NCBI RefSeq assembly: GCF_964194155.1
Contig: NC_135887.1
Span: 40,486,001-40,550,000, forward strand
Direction of reading: 5' to 3'
DNA from: Cetorhinus maximus
Lineage: Eukaryota
DNA length: 64,000 nucleotides
Shown here piece after piece: positions 39,718 to 51,846 of this stretch. The notes below the pieces were generated by a model. It was not told the DNA's origin and searched no databases. It saw only the letters and a program-made list of their open reading frames with translations. The position numbers and the translations under genes are program-made. Each line of letters opens with the position of its first letter. Position 1 is the stretch's first letter.

Positions 39718-42065
39718 ACAACAACAATTACTTGCATCCATATGACACCTTCAGGACAGAAAACCATCCCATGGGACTTCTCAGGGGAGTACTCAGACAA
39801 AAGCTGATGCCAACCTACGTTAGGAGATTTTAGAAGGAGTGATGAAAAATTTGATGAGTTAAGTTTTATAGAAAGTTTTAAAGGAGAAGGAGTGGTATGG
39901 GTTTAGGGAGTGACTCCTGGAATTTGTGACCTAGAGAGCTAAAGACATGGCCACCAATTGTGGGGTGACAAAGAATGGGATGCACAAGAGATAAAAGGCA
40001 GAGGAACACAAGGGTTTAGGGTAAGAGTTGTAGGACTGGCAGAGGTAGTGTTATGATATGGCAGGTCATATCTGCCAGGCTGACCAAATCCCAAAGGGAA
40101 ACTTGACCATGCTATCACAATGATTTTGCAATTTCTATCTATTACGAGGTTTGTGCACTGAAGTCAGAAGTAACGAGTCCACTACCACCTTTAGAGATTT
40201 TAAAGATTAAATTAATACATTTATTAACATAAGAAAATAAACATTAAACACACAAGACTACAGTTACACAGTTGCATTTAGTTTAATAATAGTTCTCACC
40301 GGATTTCTACTTAGCTACTCCCAACTACACACCCCTTTCAGGCAACAGTCCAATTAGATTCTTAATATATAAAACATACAGCAATATTACTACAAGCACC
40401 CACTGTTGCTGGAAAGGAGGTATTTCACAGCTTCTTTCCCCCTCTCACTCGACAATGGAATTCCAAAGGCTTTTAACAAAACCTCGGTTACTGGAACAGC
40501 AAACTTCCCCAGGGTGGCGAGAGGCTTTTTCCCACATATCTATTTCACACAGTGCACCTTTCAAGATCTCATATGGCCACTCCTCCATACAGCTTTCCAT
40601 CTTTCTTTAAATATATTTCTCCCTTTTGATCTGTACATCCCATTGTTTTAACCTTTCTTTGGAATATAAAATCTTTCATGTTGTCATTATAGCCAGCACT
40701 TTCAGGAAAGATAAACTTAATAACTTTGCATTATTTATCTTGCCAGTTGTAAACATTTTATCATGTCTCTTGGAAAATCAAACAACCTCTCAACTTATCT
40801 AAAAATGCAAGTTCCATTCACGCTGTATCTGCTGAGACTTCACCCTAGCTTACCAATCTCCATTTCAAATGCCTGTTTTACATCCAAGCCCTTTTGATGA
40901 TTCTAACCTTGCAGTCTGACTGTCTGCAGTTTAATTAAACTAGACACATACACAAACATACGTACACACAGTCCCCATAAGCCTGCTTCAGTATCTCACA
41001 GTAATAACAGGGAAATTTTTAAATTTCCTTTACAGTAGTGAGGTGAGGCTTTGAATTTAGCATGAGGATGAGCATTTTAAATTGGAGGCTTGGAGGATTG
41101 GGAGCCAATGTATGTCAACTAAGGCATAATTGATAGGTGAGTGAGAATAGATGTTGAATAGGATATGGCAGCAGAGTTTTGAATGAACTTAAGTTTTTGG
41201 AAAGTGGAGGATGGGAGACTGGCCAGATGAGAACTGGTGGTGGTAACAAAGGTATGCATGAGCATTTTATCCACAGATGGGTTGAGGTAGGCTCAGAATG
41301 AGGTGGTGTTACAGAGGTATATATAGTAGTCTTTGCGAATGAGAGGGTTTGAGATCAGAAGCCGAGCTCCAAGTCGAGGTTGTGAACAGTTTGGTTCATC
41401 CTGAGACAAGGGCCAAGGAAAGGAATGGATTTGGTAGATGGGTACAAAGTTATGGTGAATGCCAAAGGACAATGACTTCAGGCAATCCAGTAATTAGCTG
41501 GATGACATTTTGGTTCATGTCAGAGTGGATGTTGGTCAGGCATTCTGACAGCAAAAATAATGGAAGGGTTAAAAGGCTAAAGGCTAAAAGGTGGCGAGGT
41601 AGAGCAAGTCATTGTACAGGTGGAAGGTAACTTACCTTTGCTTCATGTTGGCAAGGAGTAACATGTAGATGAGGAAGCCAAGGATAGATCTTTGGACCAC
41701 TCCACATTAACAGAATGGGAAGCCATTATTTGAGATGCTCTGAGTGTAACAATGGAATCAATAGGATGATTCCACTGTCAATCAATGTAGGTAACAATGG
41801 AATCAATAGGATGATTCCACTGAGCTGGACAACAGAGGAGAGGTGTTGATGAAGAATAATTTTATCAAACATGTTAAAGGCTGCGGAGAGTCCGAGGGGG
41901 TAACACACCATGGTCACAGTTACAGAGGATCTAATTTGTGACTTTGATTAATTTTGGTGCTAAGGAACAATGGAAAACACATTGGAAAGATTCAAACACA
42001 GAGTTGCAGGAAAGATTAGCATGGATTTGAAGGTGACAACATGATCATGCACTTTGAGAGAAAAT
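39718..42065 (-). mobile_element. L2-like LINE remnant interrupted by the solo LTR
   Basis: Same 3' end type as 3985 at 39718; LSAAFNMFD..IL..HL RT remnant at 41726-41917. Confidence 0.65.
40049..41034 (-). mobile_element. Solo LTR (986 bp) inserted in an L2 remnant
   Basis: TGTTA...TTACA termini with 4-bp direct repeat GTAG at 40045-40048 and 41035-41038; L2-like sequence on both sides; strand assigned from AATAAA position. Confidence 0.8.
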
Positions 42066-42504
42066 GGAAGTCAGAATTTTCCAATATTATCCTTGCTAGC
42101 CTCTCAAACTCCAACTTATCCATTTTCCCTGTCACTTGCATCCTGACCCTGCACAATTCATCCATCACCCCACCCTCATCTACTGGCTTCATATCATTTA
42201 TTGTACTAAAATGCTTCTACATGCTTACAAATGACTCCATCACCTTGCTCCTTCAACTCTATGGTAGCTCTTTACCCCTTCCAGTAGCTTAGCACCTTGA
42301 CTCTGATTATCTATGCACCACATCTAGGTGCTTGGTACAACTTTCTGGTACTCTTGCCATTTCCCTCCCAGCCTTTAAGGACCTCCTCAAAACCAATTAT
42401 TTAGATTGTGCTTTCAAGTAGCTGTTCTCAACTGTAGTAGGACTGTTTGATTTTTGTTTAGGACTGTTTGATGTTGTATTTTTTCTAATTGTTAAATGAG
42501 CTGG

Positions 42505-44787
42505 GATGAAGTTGAGGAGTTTGATGTGTTTTAGCTGATCAAGTTGTTAGAGTTGGGTTGTGGATGAGGATTTTGAAATCTTCTTTAGAAGGCTTCCTAG
42601 AGTTGGGCTGAAGTTGAGTTTGATGTGTTCGAGCTGATGAAGTGGAGTTGGGTGGAAGTTGAGGAGTTTGATGTGTTCGAGCTGATGAAGTGGAGTTGGG
42701 TGGAAGTTGAGGAGTTTGATGTGTTCTAGCTGATGAAGTGGAGTTGGGTGGAAGTTGAGGAGTTTGATGTGTTCGAGCTGATGAAGAGGAGTTGGGTGGA
42801 AGTTGAGGAGTTTGATGTGTTCTAGCTGATGAAGTGGAGTTGGGTGGAAGTTGAGGAGTTTGATGTGTTCTAGCTGATGAAGTGGAGTTGGGTGGAAGTT
42901 GAGGAGTTTGATGTGTTTGAGCTGATGAAGTGGAGTTGGGTGGAAGTTGAGGAGTTTGATGTGTTCGAGCTGATGAAGTGGAGTTGGGTGGAAGTTGAGG
43001 AGTTCGATGTGTTCGAGCTGATGAAGTGGAGTTGGGTGGAAGTTGAGGAGTTTGATGAAGTGGAGCTGGGTGGAAGTTGAGGAGTTTGATGTGTTCTAGC
43101 TGATGAAGTGGAGTTAGGTGGAAGTTGAGGAGTTTGATGTGTTCGAGCTGATGAAGTGGAGTTGGGTGGAAGTTGAGGAGTTTGATGAAGTGGAGTTGGG
43201 TGGAAGTTGAGGAGTTTGATGTGTTCGAGCTGATGAAGTGGAGTTGGGTGGAAGTTGAGGAGTTTGATGTGTTCGAGCTGATGAAGTGGAGTTGGGTGGA
43301 AGTTGAGGAGTTTGATGTGTTCTAGCTGATGAAGTGGAGTTGGGTGGAAGTTGAAGAGTTTGATGTGTTCGAGCTGATGAAGTGGAGTTGGGTGGAAGTT
43401 GAGGAGTTTGATGAAGTGGAGTTGGGTGGAAGTTGAGGAGTTTGATGTGTTCGAGCTGATGAAGTGGAGTTGGGTGGAAGTTGAGGAGTTTGATGTGTTC
43501 GAGCTGATGAAGTGGAGTTGGGTGGAAGTTGAGGAGTTTGATGTGTTCTAGCTGATGAAGTGGAGTTGGGTGGAAGTTGAAGAGTTTGATGTGTTCGAGC
43601 TGATGAAGTGGAGTTGGATGGGAGTTGAGGAGTTTGATGTGTTCGAGCTGATGAAGTGGAGTTGGGTGGAAGTTGAGGAGTTTGATGAAGTGGAGTTCGG
43701 TGGAAGTTGAGGAGTTTGATGTGTTCTAGCTGATGAAGTGGAGTTAGGTGGAAGTTGAGGAGTTTGATGTGTTCGAGCTGATGAAGTGGAGTTGGGTGGA
43801 AGTTGAGGAGTTTGTTGAAGTGGAGTTGGGTGGAAGTTGAGGAGTTTGATGTGTTCGAGCTGATGAAGTGGAGTTGGGTGGAAGTTGAGGAGTTTGATGT
43901 GTTCGAGCTGATGAAGTGGAGTTGGGTGGAAGTTGAGGAGTTTGATGTGTTCTAGCTGATGAAGTGGAGTTGGGTGGAAGTTGAAGAGTTTGATGTGTTC
44001 GAGCTGATGAAGTGGAGTTGGATGGGAGTTGAGGAGTTTGATGTGTTCGAGCTGATGAAGTGGAGTTGGGTGGGAGTTGAGGAGTTTGATGTGTTCTAGC
44101 TGATGAAGCGGAGTTGGGTGGAAGTTGAGGAGTTTGATGTGTTTGAGCTGATGAAGTGGAGTTGGGTGGAAGTTGAGGAGTTTGATGTGTTCGAGCTGAT
44201 GAAGTGGAGTTGGGTGGGAGTTGAGGAGTTTGATGTGTTCTAGCTGATGAAGCGGAGTTGGGTGGAAGTTGAGGAGTTTGATGTGTTCGAGCTGATGAAG
44301 TGGAGTTGGGTGGAAGTTGAGGAGTTTGATGTGTTCGAGCTGATGAAGTGGAGTTGGGTGGAAGTTGAGGAGTTTGATGTGTTCTAGCTGATGAAGTGGA
44401 GTTGGATGGAAGTTGAGGAGTTTGATGTGTTCGAGCTGATGAAGTGGAGTTGGGTGGAAGTTGAGGAGTTTGATGTGTTCTAGCTGATGAAGTGGAGTTG
44501 GGTGGAAGTTGAGGAGTTTGATGTGTTCTAGCTGATGAAGCGGAGTTGGGTGGAAGTTGAGGAGTTTGATGTGTTCTAGCTGATGAAGTGGAGTTGGGTG
44601 GGAGTTGAGGAGTTTGATGAAGTGGAGTTGGGTGGAAGTTGAGGAGTTTGATGTGTTCTAGCTGATGAAGCGGAGTTGGGTGGAAGTTGAGGAGTTTGAT
44701 GTGTTCTAGCTGATGAAGTGGAGTTGGGTGGAAGTTGAGGAGTTTGATGTGTTCTAGCTGATGAAGTGGAACTGGGTGGAAGTTGAG
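42505..44787. repeat. 48-bp minisatellite with 34-bp variant units
   Basis: Unit GATGAAGTGGAGTTGGGTGGAAGTTGAGGAGTTTGATGTGTTC(G/T)AGCT, about 45-47 units, homogeneous from ~42620. Confidence 0.97.
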
Positions 44788-44799
44788 CTTTTAAATGTA

Positions 44800-45235
44800 A
44801 GTTGTTGTTGGCGGCCTCCCAGCATGCTCGGCGGGGCTAATGGTGGCGCTCTGTCTGTCTGTGTGTGTGTGTGTGTGTGTGTGTGGGGGGGAGGGGAGGG
44901 TGCGGATTTAAATCCCGATTCTGCAGCTTTCCTGAAGGATTTTGAGTAATTGCCGAGCGGCGGGTTATTGCCCAGGGGGCGGCCATGCGGGAGTTTGTTA
45001 GCCTGGTTTTGCTGTGGTGTCTTTTCCGGCCGGGCTGCGGGGAAGAGCGCGATGATGGTGAGGTCGCAGCTTTTACTGATGGAGTTCCCCTCATGGCCTC
45101 TCCGGATTGGGAGCGCCGCGCGTTTACCATTATTTGTAAAATATTCTAACCCCCCCGCCCAACCGCGATGGACCCATTTCAATAATTTCTGCTTTAACCT
45201 TCTCCCTCGGTCCGGGATAACTCGCCCCTTAGTCC
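44800..45235 (+). promoter_or_regulatory. CpG-rich TYW1 promoter/first-exon region
   Basis: Local CpG cluster ~1 kb upstream of TYW1 exon 2, with a GGGGCGG box just before the predicted ATG and a (TG)n tract at ~44860-44885. Confidence 0.7.
44985..45057 (+). CDS. TYW1: TYW1 predicted coding exon 1
   Basis: gcggccATG in a CpG-rich island; MREFVSLVLLWCLFRPGCGEERDD plus one G, then donor GTGAGG; the phase-1 end matches the phase needed by exon 2. Based on frame and splice logic, not on recognised homology. Confidence 0.65.
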
Positions 45236-46255
45236 AGCTCTTTGAAAGTGGCTTTTGAAAAGATTGCAGGAGGGATATCTATTTTAATAAATATTATTCC
45301 GTTCCTCTCGGTTCAGCTGCTCAGATTCCCCATTATTCAGTCCAACTTGAATAGTTCTTCTCCCTCTGCATTTCTTGGAAGCCAAGCGTTGATCACTGTT
45401 TGTGAAGAAATTCTTCTGAATTAGTCCTGTCCCTCACCAATGTGAAATTATATTCTTTCCCCCCCCCACCAACCTTTACCCTGACGTGATGTTCAGCGTT
45501 TACCTTTCCTGTGGCATTTAATATTTTCTCTACCTCAGTGAGATTTTCATTCAGTTGTCCTTCAGTAACGACTTGTATTAATCTAACACTATCCCAAGAA
45601 TGGATGCCAGGATTAGGAATAGTGACCAAACCCTTGGTCAGAGTTTTAAGAAGGATCTTAAAGGAGGAGAGGCAAATAGGGAAGCTGGGGGTTACAGGGG
45701 GGAGTTCCAGAGAGTTTGACCTAGACAGCTGAAGGCGTGGATGGGTGAAATAAAGCCAGATTTCGAGGACTAGAGGGTCTGGATTGAGTTGTATACAAAG
45801 AAAAATAATGAATTGGCTTTCATAACACATCAGTAATTCCAAAGTGCTTCACAACCAACAAAATAAAATTTTGAACTGCAGTCACTGTTATATGGAAACC
45901 AAGCAGCTATGAACAACAATGAAATAATTACCAGATAGTCTTTGTTTGAGGGATAAATGTTGGAACTTTGGAGAGATCTTTTGGTATTTGTCTAGTGGCA
46001 TGAGGTTTTTATGCCCATTTGAGAGTTAGTTTAACACTTAATCTGAAAGACAGCAATCTCTCAGTACTCCACTGGAGGAAGTTTCAGGGAAAGGTAGAGG
46101 TGAGATTAAGGCAGGATTTAAGAACAAGGCTGAGAATTTTAAATTGGAGCCATGCAGGTCAGCGAGGACACCGGTGATTGATTTCCGTACTGTAGTGCCT
46201 TGTGTCAAAGTTTTGAATGAGCTGATGTTTACTGAAGCTTTTGTTTCCTTTCTAG

Positions 46256-46395
46256 TTCACATTTTTGATACCTGGAACTCCTTGCAGAATTATGCATTGT
46301 CGTTGTGGCACGTTAGACACTACATCTATTCGACCATTGTTGTTGCCATAGGAGTTTGGGCAGCTGTTGAGTTCTTAAGTAAAAACCACAACAAG
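46256..46395 (+). CDS. TYW1: TYW1 coding exon 2 (hydrophobic N-terminal anchor)
   Basis: TTTCCTTTCTAG acceptor; (V)HIFDTWNSLQNYALSLWHVRHYIYSTIVVAIGVWAAVEFLSKNHNK resembles the TYW1 DTW..SLW..R.YIY segment; donor GTAATA. Confidence 0.88.
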
Positions 46396-46925
46396 GTAAT
46401 AAATCTACAGCTCTGCGTCTGCATGATTTGTAATAGAGGCAATAAAGTATTGAAATGTGGGTTCTGTCTGCCACTCTGCTGAAGGTACCAATCTTAGTTA
46501 TGTGAGCTTCTGAGTGAATGTTTAACATTTCCTCATAGGTGGTGTGGGGATTGCGGTGTGAGAGTCGAGAGAAAATCAGATTGAAGATCATCCCTTGATC
46601 ACTAATGTATGAGACTTATTCCATGGAAAAATAAAAGGATCAACATGTAAATGGTTTATCGCTACATGATTAAGTCTTTAGAGCATTGTCATTTGTATAT
46701 CAGTTAAGCTACTTTGAAAATGGATGTCTTGTACAGCTACTTCCCTGTTCTTTCATTTCTTAATTTCAAATTGTTTTGTTTGTCCATAGAATAAATGCCT
46801 CTCATTGATATATTCTATTTATATATATATATAAAATATATATATGAATGATGTGCACTGGTTCTTGTTGTGAAAAGGTTTTGTGTTAATGGAAATTGAC
46901 TGTATACTGAAAATATTTTGAACAG

Positions 46926-47060
46926 CAGAAAGTTGAGGACAGCATTGTACCAAAAGTAGCCAAAGAAATCATTCAAAATGGGCATTTAACCCAAGAAGAA
47001 AAAGAAGTTCATGTTGCTGGGGTGAAGATTTTCTTTGGTTCTCAAACAGGTACTGCTGAG
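46926..47060 (+). CDS. TYW1: TYW1 coding exon 3 (start of flavodoxin domain)
   Basis: QKVEDSIVPKVAKEIIQNGHLTQEEKEVHVAGVKIFFGSQTGTAE with the FMN-binding GSQTGTA motif; CAGCAG acceptor; GTAAGA donor. Confidence 0.94.
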
Positions 47061-47439
47061 GTAAGAATTTAAAAAATTCTGTTAAGCGAGTTCTTGCATA
47101 TTTTCTCACTTTAGTGTTTAGCTGTGTTTTGAAGTTTTATAATATATTATTTCAAATGTCGAAAATCATCTCCGAAGCAGGTTCACCAAGCTGCTTTCAG
47201 CTGTTCGCGTGTGGTTGGATGTAGTAATGAATTACATAGGCTTCTGTTTCCCATTATAACATTGAAGCAACTGTTAACATTCCAACTATTTACAGTTTAT
47301 AGCACATATCCTTTAGGAATTGTTGAAATATTCCTCACATTTCTACATTAATGTGATAGCTAGCCTGTTCCAAAGTGGCATGCCTGATGAGGGAGATTGG
47401 AATTAGGCCGATCTGCTATGACAGAGCCAGTAATCAGAT

Positions 47440-47615
47440 TCCTGATAAAAGATCATCCACCTGAAGTATTAGCTCTGTTTCTCTTTCAATATTGGCTCTC
47501 TGTTTCTCTCTCCATATTGGCTGCTCAATTTCCATACAGTGTTGCCAGACCTGCTGAGCATTTCCAGCCTTTTCTGTTTTTATTTCCGATTTCCAGTATC
47601 TGCAGATTTTGCTCA
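47440..47615 (+). mobile_element. P1 terminal-repeat fragment (old)
   Basis: CAGACCTGCTGAGCATTTCCAGC..TTTCCAGTATCTGCAG matches the P1 terminus. Confidence 0.7.
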
Positions 47616-48199
47616 GATATTTAAGTTAGTCAGGTCCATAGCTCTTCAGGGTGTTGTTATTGATTGATCAACCATTCTGGCTCATTGATGTAACCTAGAG
47701 GGGTAGACCAGTCTATTGAGTGATGGGTTGCTTCTGCTAATCTCCAGAAACATGGGGATATTGGCTTGTAGGGTAATTTGCAGATTATTAGTGATGTCTT
47801 TGTGGCCTACGTATATACGTATAATGAAATCTCAAGGTTGCTTAAATCCATGTTTTGTTGAACTTAGTGTTCTGATTTAGGTTCCTCAGTGCGAGATAAA
47901 TCCTATGGTAAAAGCAGCCCATTTCAATGCTCCAAAACTCAGACAGGACGAACAAGTAAAACAAGAGATGTAAGTGAAAATAAGACTTGTTGATTGGAGC
48001 CCAATCCAATTTGGGTTTGGGTTAGAGGTTGGACTCCCTTCGACTAGACAAAGATTGGGATGCTTACTATAATATGGTTGTAAGCTGTACAGATTTTTGG
48101 ATGATTATGTTCTAGCAATATATGAACATATGCAGGTAGACACCCTCTTTTGAGTAGTCAAAAGCGTATGATAGCAGCATGGAGAAAAGTGAGGAATTC

Positions 48200-49580
48200 T
48201 GCGTGGTTTGAGGCTTATTGGACTGAAATGGAGCTAGTCACTGCAACCAAGAGGACAGCCCTCATGAACTACAAGCAACTCTCCAGCTAACAAAATCTAG
48301 ATGCTGTCAGAGCTGCCAGAATTAAGTCTCAGCAGAAACCGTGCAACAGCCATACAATCTGCTGCTGAATCCGGGGATGCTAGAGGTGTGTTTGAAGGAA
48401 TCAAGAAAGCAAGAAGCCCATCAGCAACCAAATCAATCCCCTTGAAGACAAATAGAGATGATCAACACCAAACCTAGCAAGCAGCTGGAAAGGTGGGTGG
48501 AGCGCTATCTTAAACTCTTTGCAACAGAGAACATTGTTGCTGAAGAAGCTCGCAGCACCATTCCAGACTTTCTTGTCAGGGAGGATCTGGACAGCAAGCC
48601 CACCATAATAGAGCTCAATGAAACCATTGACCATCTTGCCAGTGGAAAAACCCCAGGAAATGTTAGCATTCCACCTGAAATCATGAAAAGTGGAAAAGCA
48701 ACACCCATGAACTTTGTGACCGCTGGAAGGAAGGATTTGTGCCTCAAGACATGTGTGATATAAAAATAATCATCATCTACTAAAACAAAGGAGATCACAG
48801 TGACTGTAACTATTACTGAGGCATTTTCTTGTCTAGTATTGTGAGGAAGGTCTTTGCTCGCTTTGCTCGGTCCAGACATCAGATCTTGGCATCATGACCT
48901 TGAGCCTCAGTGTGGCTTCAGAGCTGGCAGATCGACAATTGATATGATTTTCTCACTTTGACAGTTACAGGAGAAGTGCCACAAAGAGCCTAGACCACTC
49001 TACATTGCCGCTATAGACCTCACCAAGGCCTTTGACCTTGTTAGCAGAGATGGACACTTTATACTGCTGCATGAAATAGGCTGCCTGCCTGGACCACTTG
49101 GCATCATTTTTTCTTTCTACAAGACCATGCAGAGTTTCATCAGTTACAATGGAGCATCATTGGAGCATCATTCATGATCAGCAGCAGGATAAAGTAGAGC
49201 TGCACCCAACAGGTCGCCCACATCTGCGATACAAGGATGTCTACAAGCGAGACTTCAAGTTGAACGGGATCAGAGTCGATGCATAGGAAGTCCTCACTGC
49301 TGACCAGAGTGCCTGGAGACAAGCAGTCAGGAAGGGAGCGACAAAAGCAGACGGATAAAGAAGACCAGATTTTGGAAAAAAGAGCCTGCCAGAAGGAAAG
49401 AACACCGGTTGACTTTGGGCCAATGCTATTCATCTGTGCCAGCTGTGGAAGGCAATGTCACTCACGAATCAACCTCTATACCCACAACAGACAATGTTCA
49501 ATACAGAAGTAACATACATCCCAGGTGCAGTCCACCATCTCCCAAGACAGATGGATGCCTAACTAGAAACTAACTAACGA
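48200..49580 (+). mobile_element. RTE-clade LINE, internally deleted
   Basis: LASGKTPG..IPPE, QCGFRAGRSTIDMIF, DLTKAFDLVSR, GRPHLRYKD, CASCGRQCHSRINLYTH; tail GACAGATGGATGCCTAAC. Confidence 0.88.
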
Positions 49581-49629
49581 CATGAATATAGGAATTGTTA
49601 GATAAAAAAAATTAAGATCTTGCAAATTT

Positions 49630-50875
49630 ATAAAAATAGAAAATGCTGGAAATACTCAGCAGATCTGGAAGCATCTGTGGAGAGAAAAACATTTAATGTT
49701 TTGGGTCAATGACTTTTCATCAGAACTGGGAAAAAATAGAAATGTAATAGGTTTCAAGTGAAAGGGAGAGCAGGAAAAAGAACCTAAGGGAAGGCCTGTG
49801 ATTGGAAGATATGAGAGATTAAATGACAAAAAAGTTGGTGGTACAAGACCAAAATGAGTGGTAATGAGACGAGTTAAGAAACAAAAGCTTTGTCTAGAGG
49901 AGGTGTGAATGGCAGAATGATGAGCAGCTGCCATTTGAAAACTAAAAAAAGAGTAGAACAAGAGTAAGACAGTAACCTGCAAAGAAAAGGGAAACAAAAT
50001 GTGGGCAGAGATTAAGTTTTAAAATTATTGAACTCAGAGTCTGGCAAGCTGTGAAGAGCCTAATCAAAAGATATGGTGCTGTTCCTCGAGCCTCATTAGA
50101 GCACTGCAGGAGGCTGAGAATAGAGAGGTCAACGTGAGAGCAAGTTGGGGAATTAAAATGATGGGATTGGAAGCTTGGGGTCTTGCTTGTGGACTGAATG
50201 GAGATGTTCTTCAAAACAGTCACCCAATCTGTATTTCGTTCTCCCTTTTAGCAGTAAATACAGTATACTAAATTTAAAGAAGTATACATATACTGTTGTT
50301 TCAACTGGAAGGCGTGCTTGGGGCCTTGGGCGGTGAGGAGAAAGGAGGTGAAAGGGAAGGTGTTGCCTCTTCTGCGTTATATGAGAAAGTGCCAAGTGAA
50401 GGGAAAGGGAGGGGCTTTTGGTGCTGAGTGAGGAGTGGACCAGGTGTCATGGAGGGAGTGGTCCCTTCAGAATGCTGGGATTGGAGGGGAAAATGTGTCT
50501 GTGATGGCATCACATTGAAGGTAGCAGGAATGGTGGAGGATGATTCTTTGAATACAGAGGTTGCGGGGGTGGAAGGTCAGAAGGGGAACCCCATTGTGGT
50601 TCTTGGAGGGAAGGGAAGGGGTGAGCAGAAGTGTGGGAAATGGGACAAACCGGATCAAGAACCCTATCAACCATGGTGATGGGGAGTTCTTGGTTGAGGA
50701 AAAAGGAAGAAAAGAGTAATGCTGGTGTGGAAGGTTGCATCATTCGGACAGATGCAAAAGAGACAGAGAAATTGGGAAAATGGAATGGAGCCCTTACAGG
50801 AACCAGGGTGTAAGGAAGCATAGTTGAGATAGCGGCGGAAGCCAGTGGGCTTATAGCAAATATTTGTTATGATCT
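49630..50875 (-). mobile_element. Penelope-like P1 degenerate copy
   Basis: YKPT..YLNY..SIPFSQFL and EHLHSVHKQDP remnants plus the P1 terminal repeat at ~49630-49730. Confidence 0.85.
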
Positions 50876-51744
50876 CTAGTTTGCCTTCTACCACCTTTGG
50901 TTGTTGCATGAAACAATAATGGAGTTGTTGATTAAACATAACACTCAATCCCTTTCAATTACTGTACAAGAGATCCAGACATGAAGGGATGTAAACCTCA
51001 GTGGCTGAAAGCTTTGGGAGCCATAAGTTCAAAGTTAGCTCTCCCTCCTAAGTATTGCTACGCTTGAGGAGGGGATTTCTAAGTTTCATCTGTTGCAAAC
51101 TTGCAGCTATAACTTGTTGCCTTACTCTACCTGACCTTTGTAACCTTCAAGAAAATATCCCAGCTCACATCCTTTCTCTTGGATATGGATTATTGTACAA
51201 CCCTTGCTTTTCCTCCACCGCCTGTGGCAAAGCATTCAACATTCATACCTTGCTGTCTGATTCTCTTTCTAAACCCTTTTGCCTTAGTTGCCCCATCTTC
51301 AAAAACCTTCTCAAAACTTTGTCTCTTTAATCATGTCCCCTCTTCTGATTGCAGCTCATTCCACCCAGCTACGGAGCACCTTGGGATATTTCTGTTTGCT
51401 AAATGCATTGTATAATTAATTTTGTTGTATGGTGTATTCCTCAAGGGGAGAATGTCCACCTCATGTTTGACAAACAGAAATTCCACATGTGAATTTCTCA
51501 GTTATTTGGTTTGGCTACTCTTAGACATATTCGAGTTTTCATTTAGTCAGACACATTGGAAAGAGTGGGGGCTGGATATTAGAAGACACTGCTCACTCAC
51601 AATGCTGTGATTTGAATTTGAGCTGAGCTTGCTATGAACACAATGTGGAGTGCTGATACTAGTGCCAAACAGAACTTTTGCAGAGCACATCTTTCACATT
51701 TTGAATTCCTAAGGGATTTTTTCAAAAAAATTATTGTATTCCAG

Positions 51745-51846
51745 AGGTTTGCCACAACCCTTGCAGATGCTGTACAAAAACTTGGATTACCTGTGGAAGT
51801 TGTTGATCTGAAGGAGTATGATCCAGATGAAAACCTGGTAGATGAG
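51745..51846 (+). CDS. TYW1: TYW1 coding exon 4
   Basis: RFATTLADAVQKLGLPVEVVDLKEYDPDENLVDE; 102 nt; TTCCAG acceptor, GTTAGT donor. Confidence 0.96.

Noticed and set aside
42877-43080. Repetitive ORF (MKWSWVEVEEFDVFEL)n
   Set aside because: Artefact of a 48-bp unit; TAG variants and 34-bp units break the frame throughout the array.
42505-44787. CRISPR-like array
   Set aside because: No unique spacers and no cas genes; it is a eukaryotic tandem repeat.
45052-45057. ATGATG just before the exon 1 donor as the TYW1 start
   Set aside because: Phase 0, so out of frame with exon 2; the ATG at 44985 fits.
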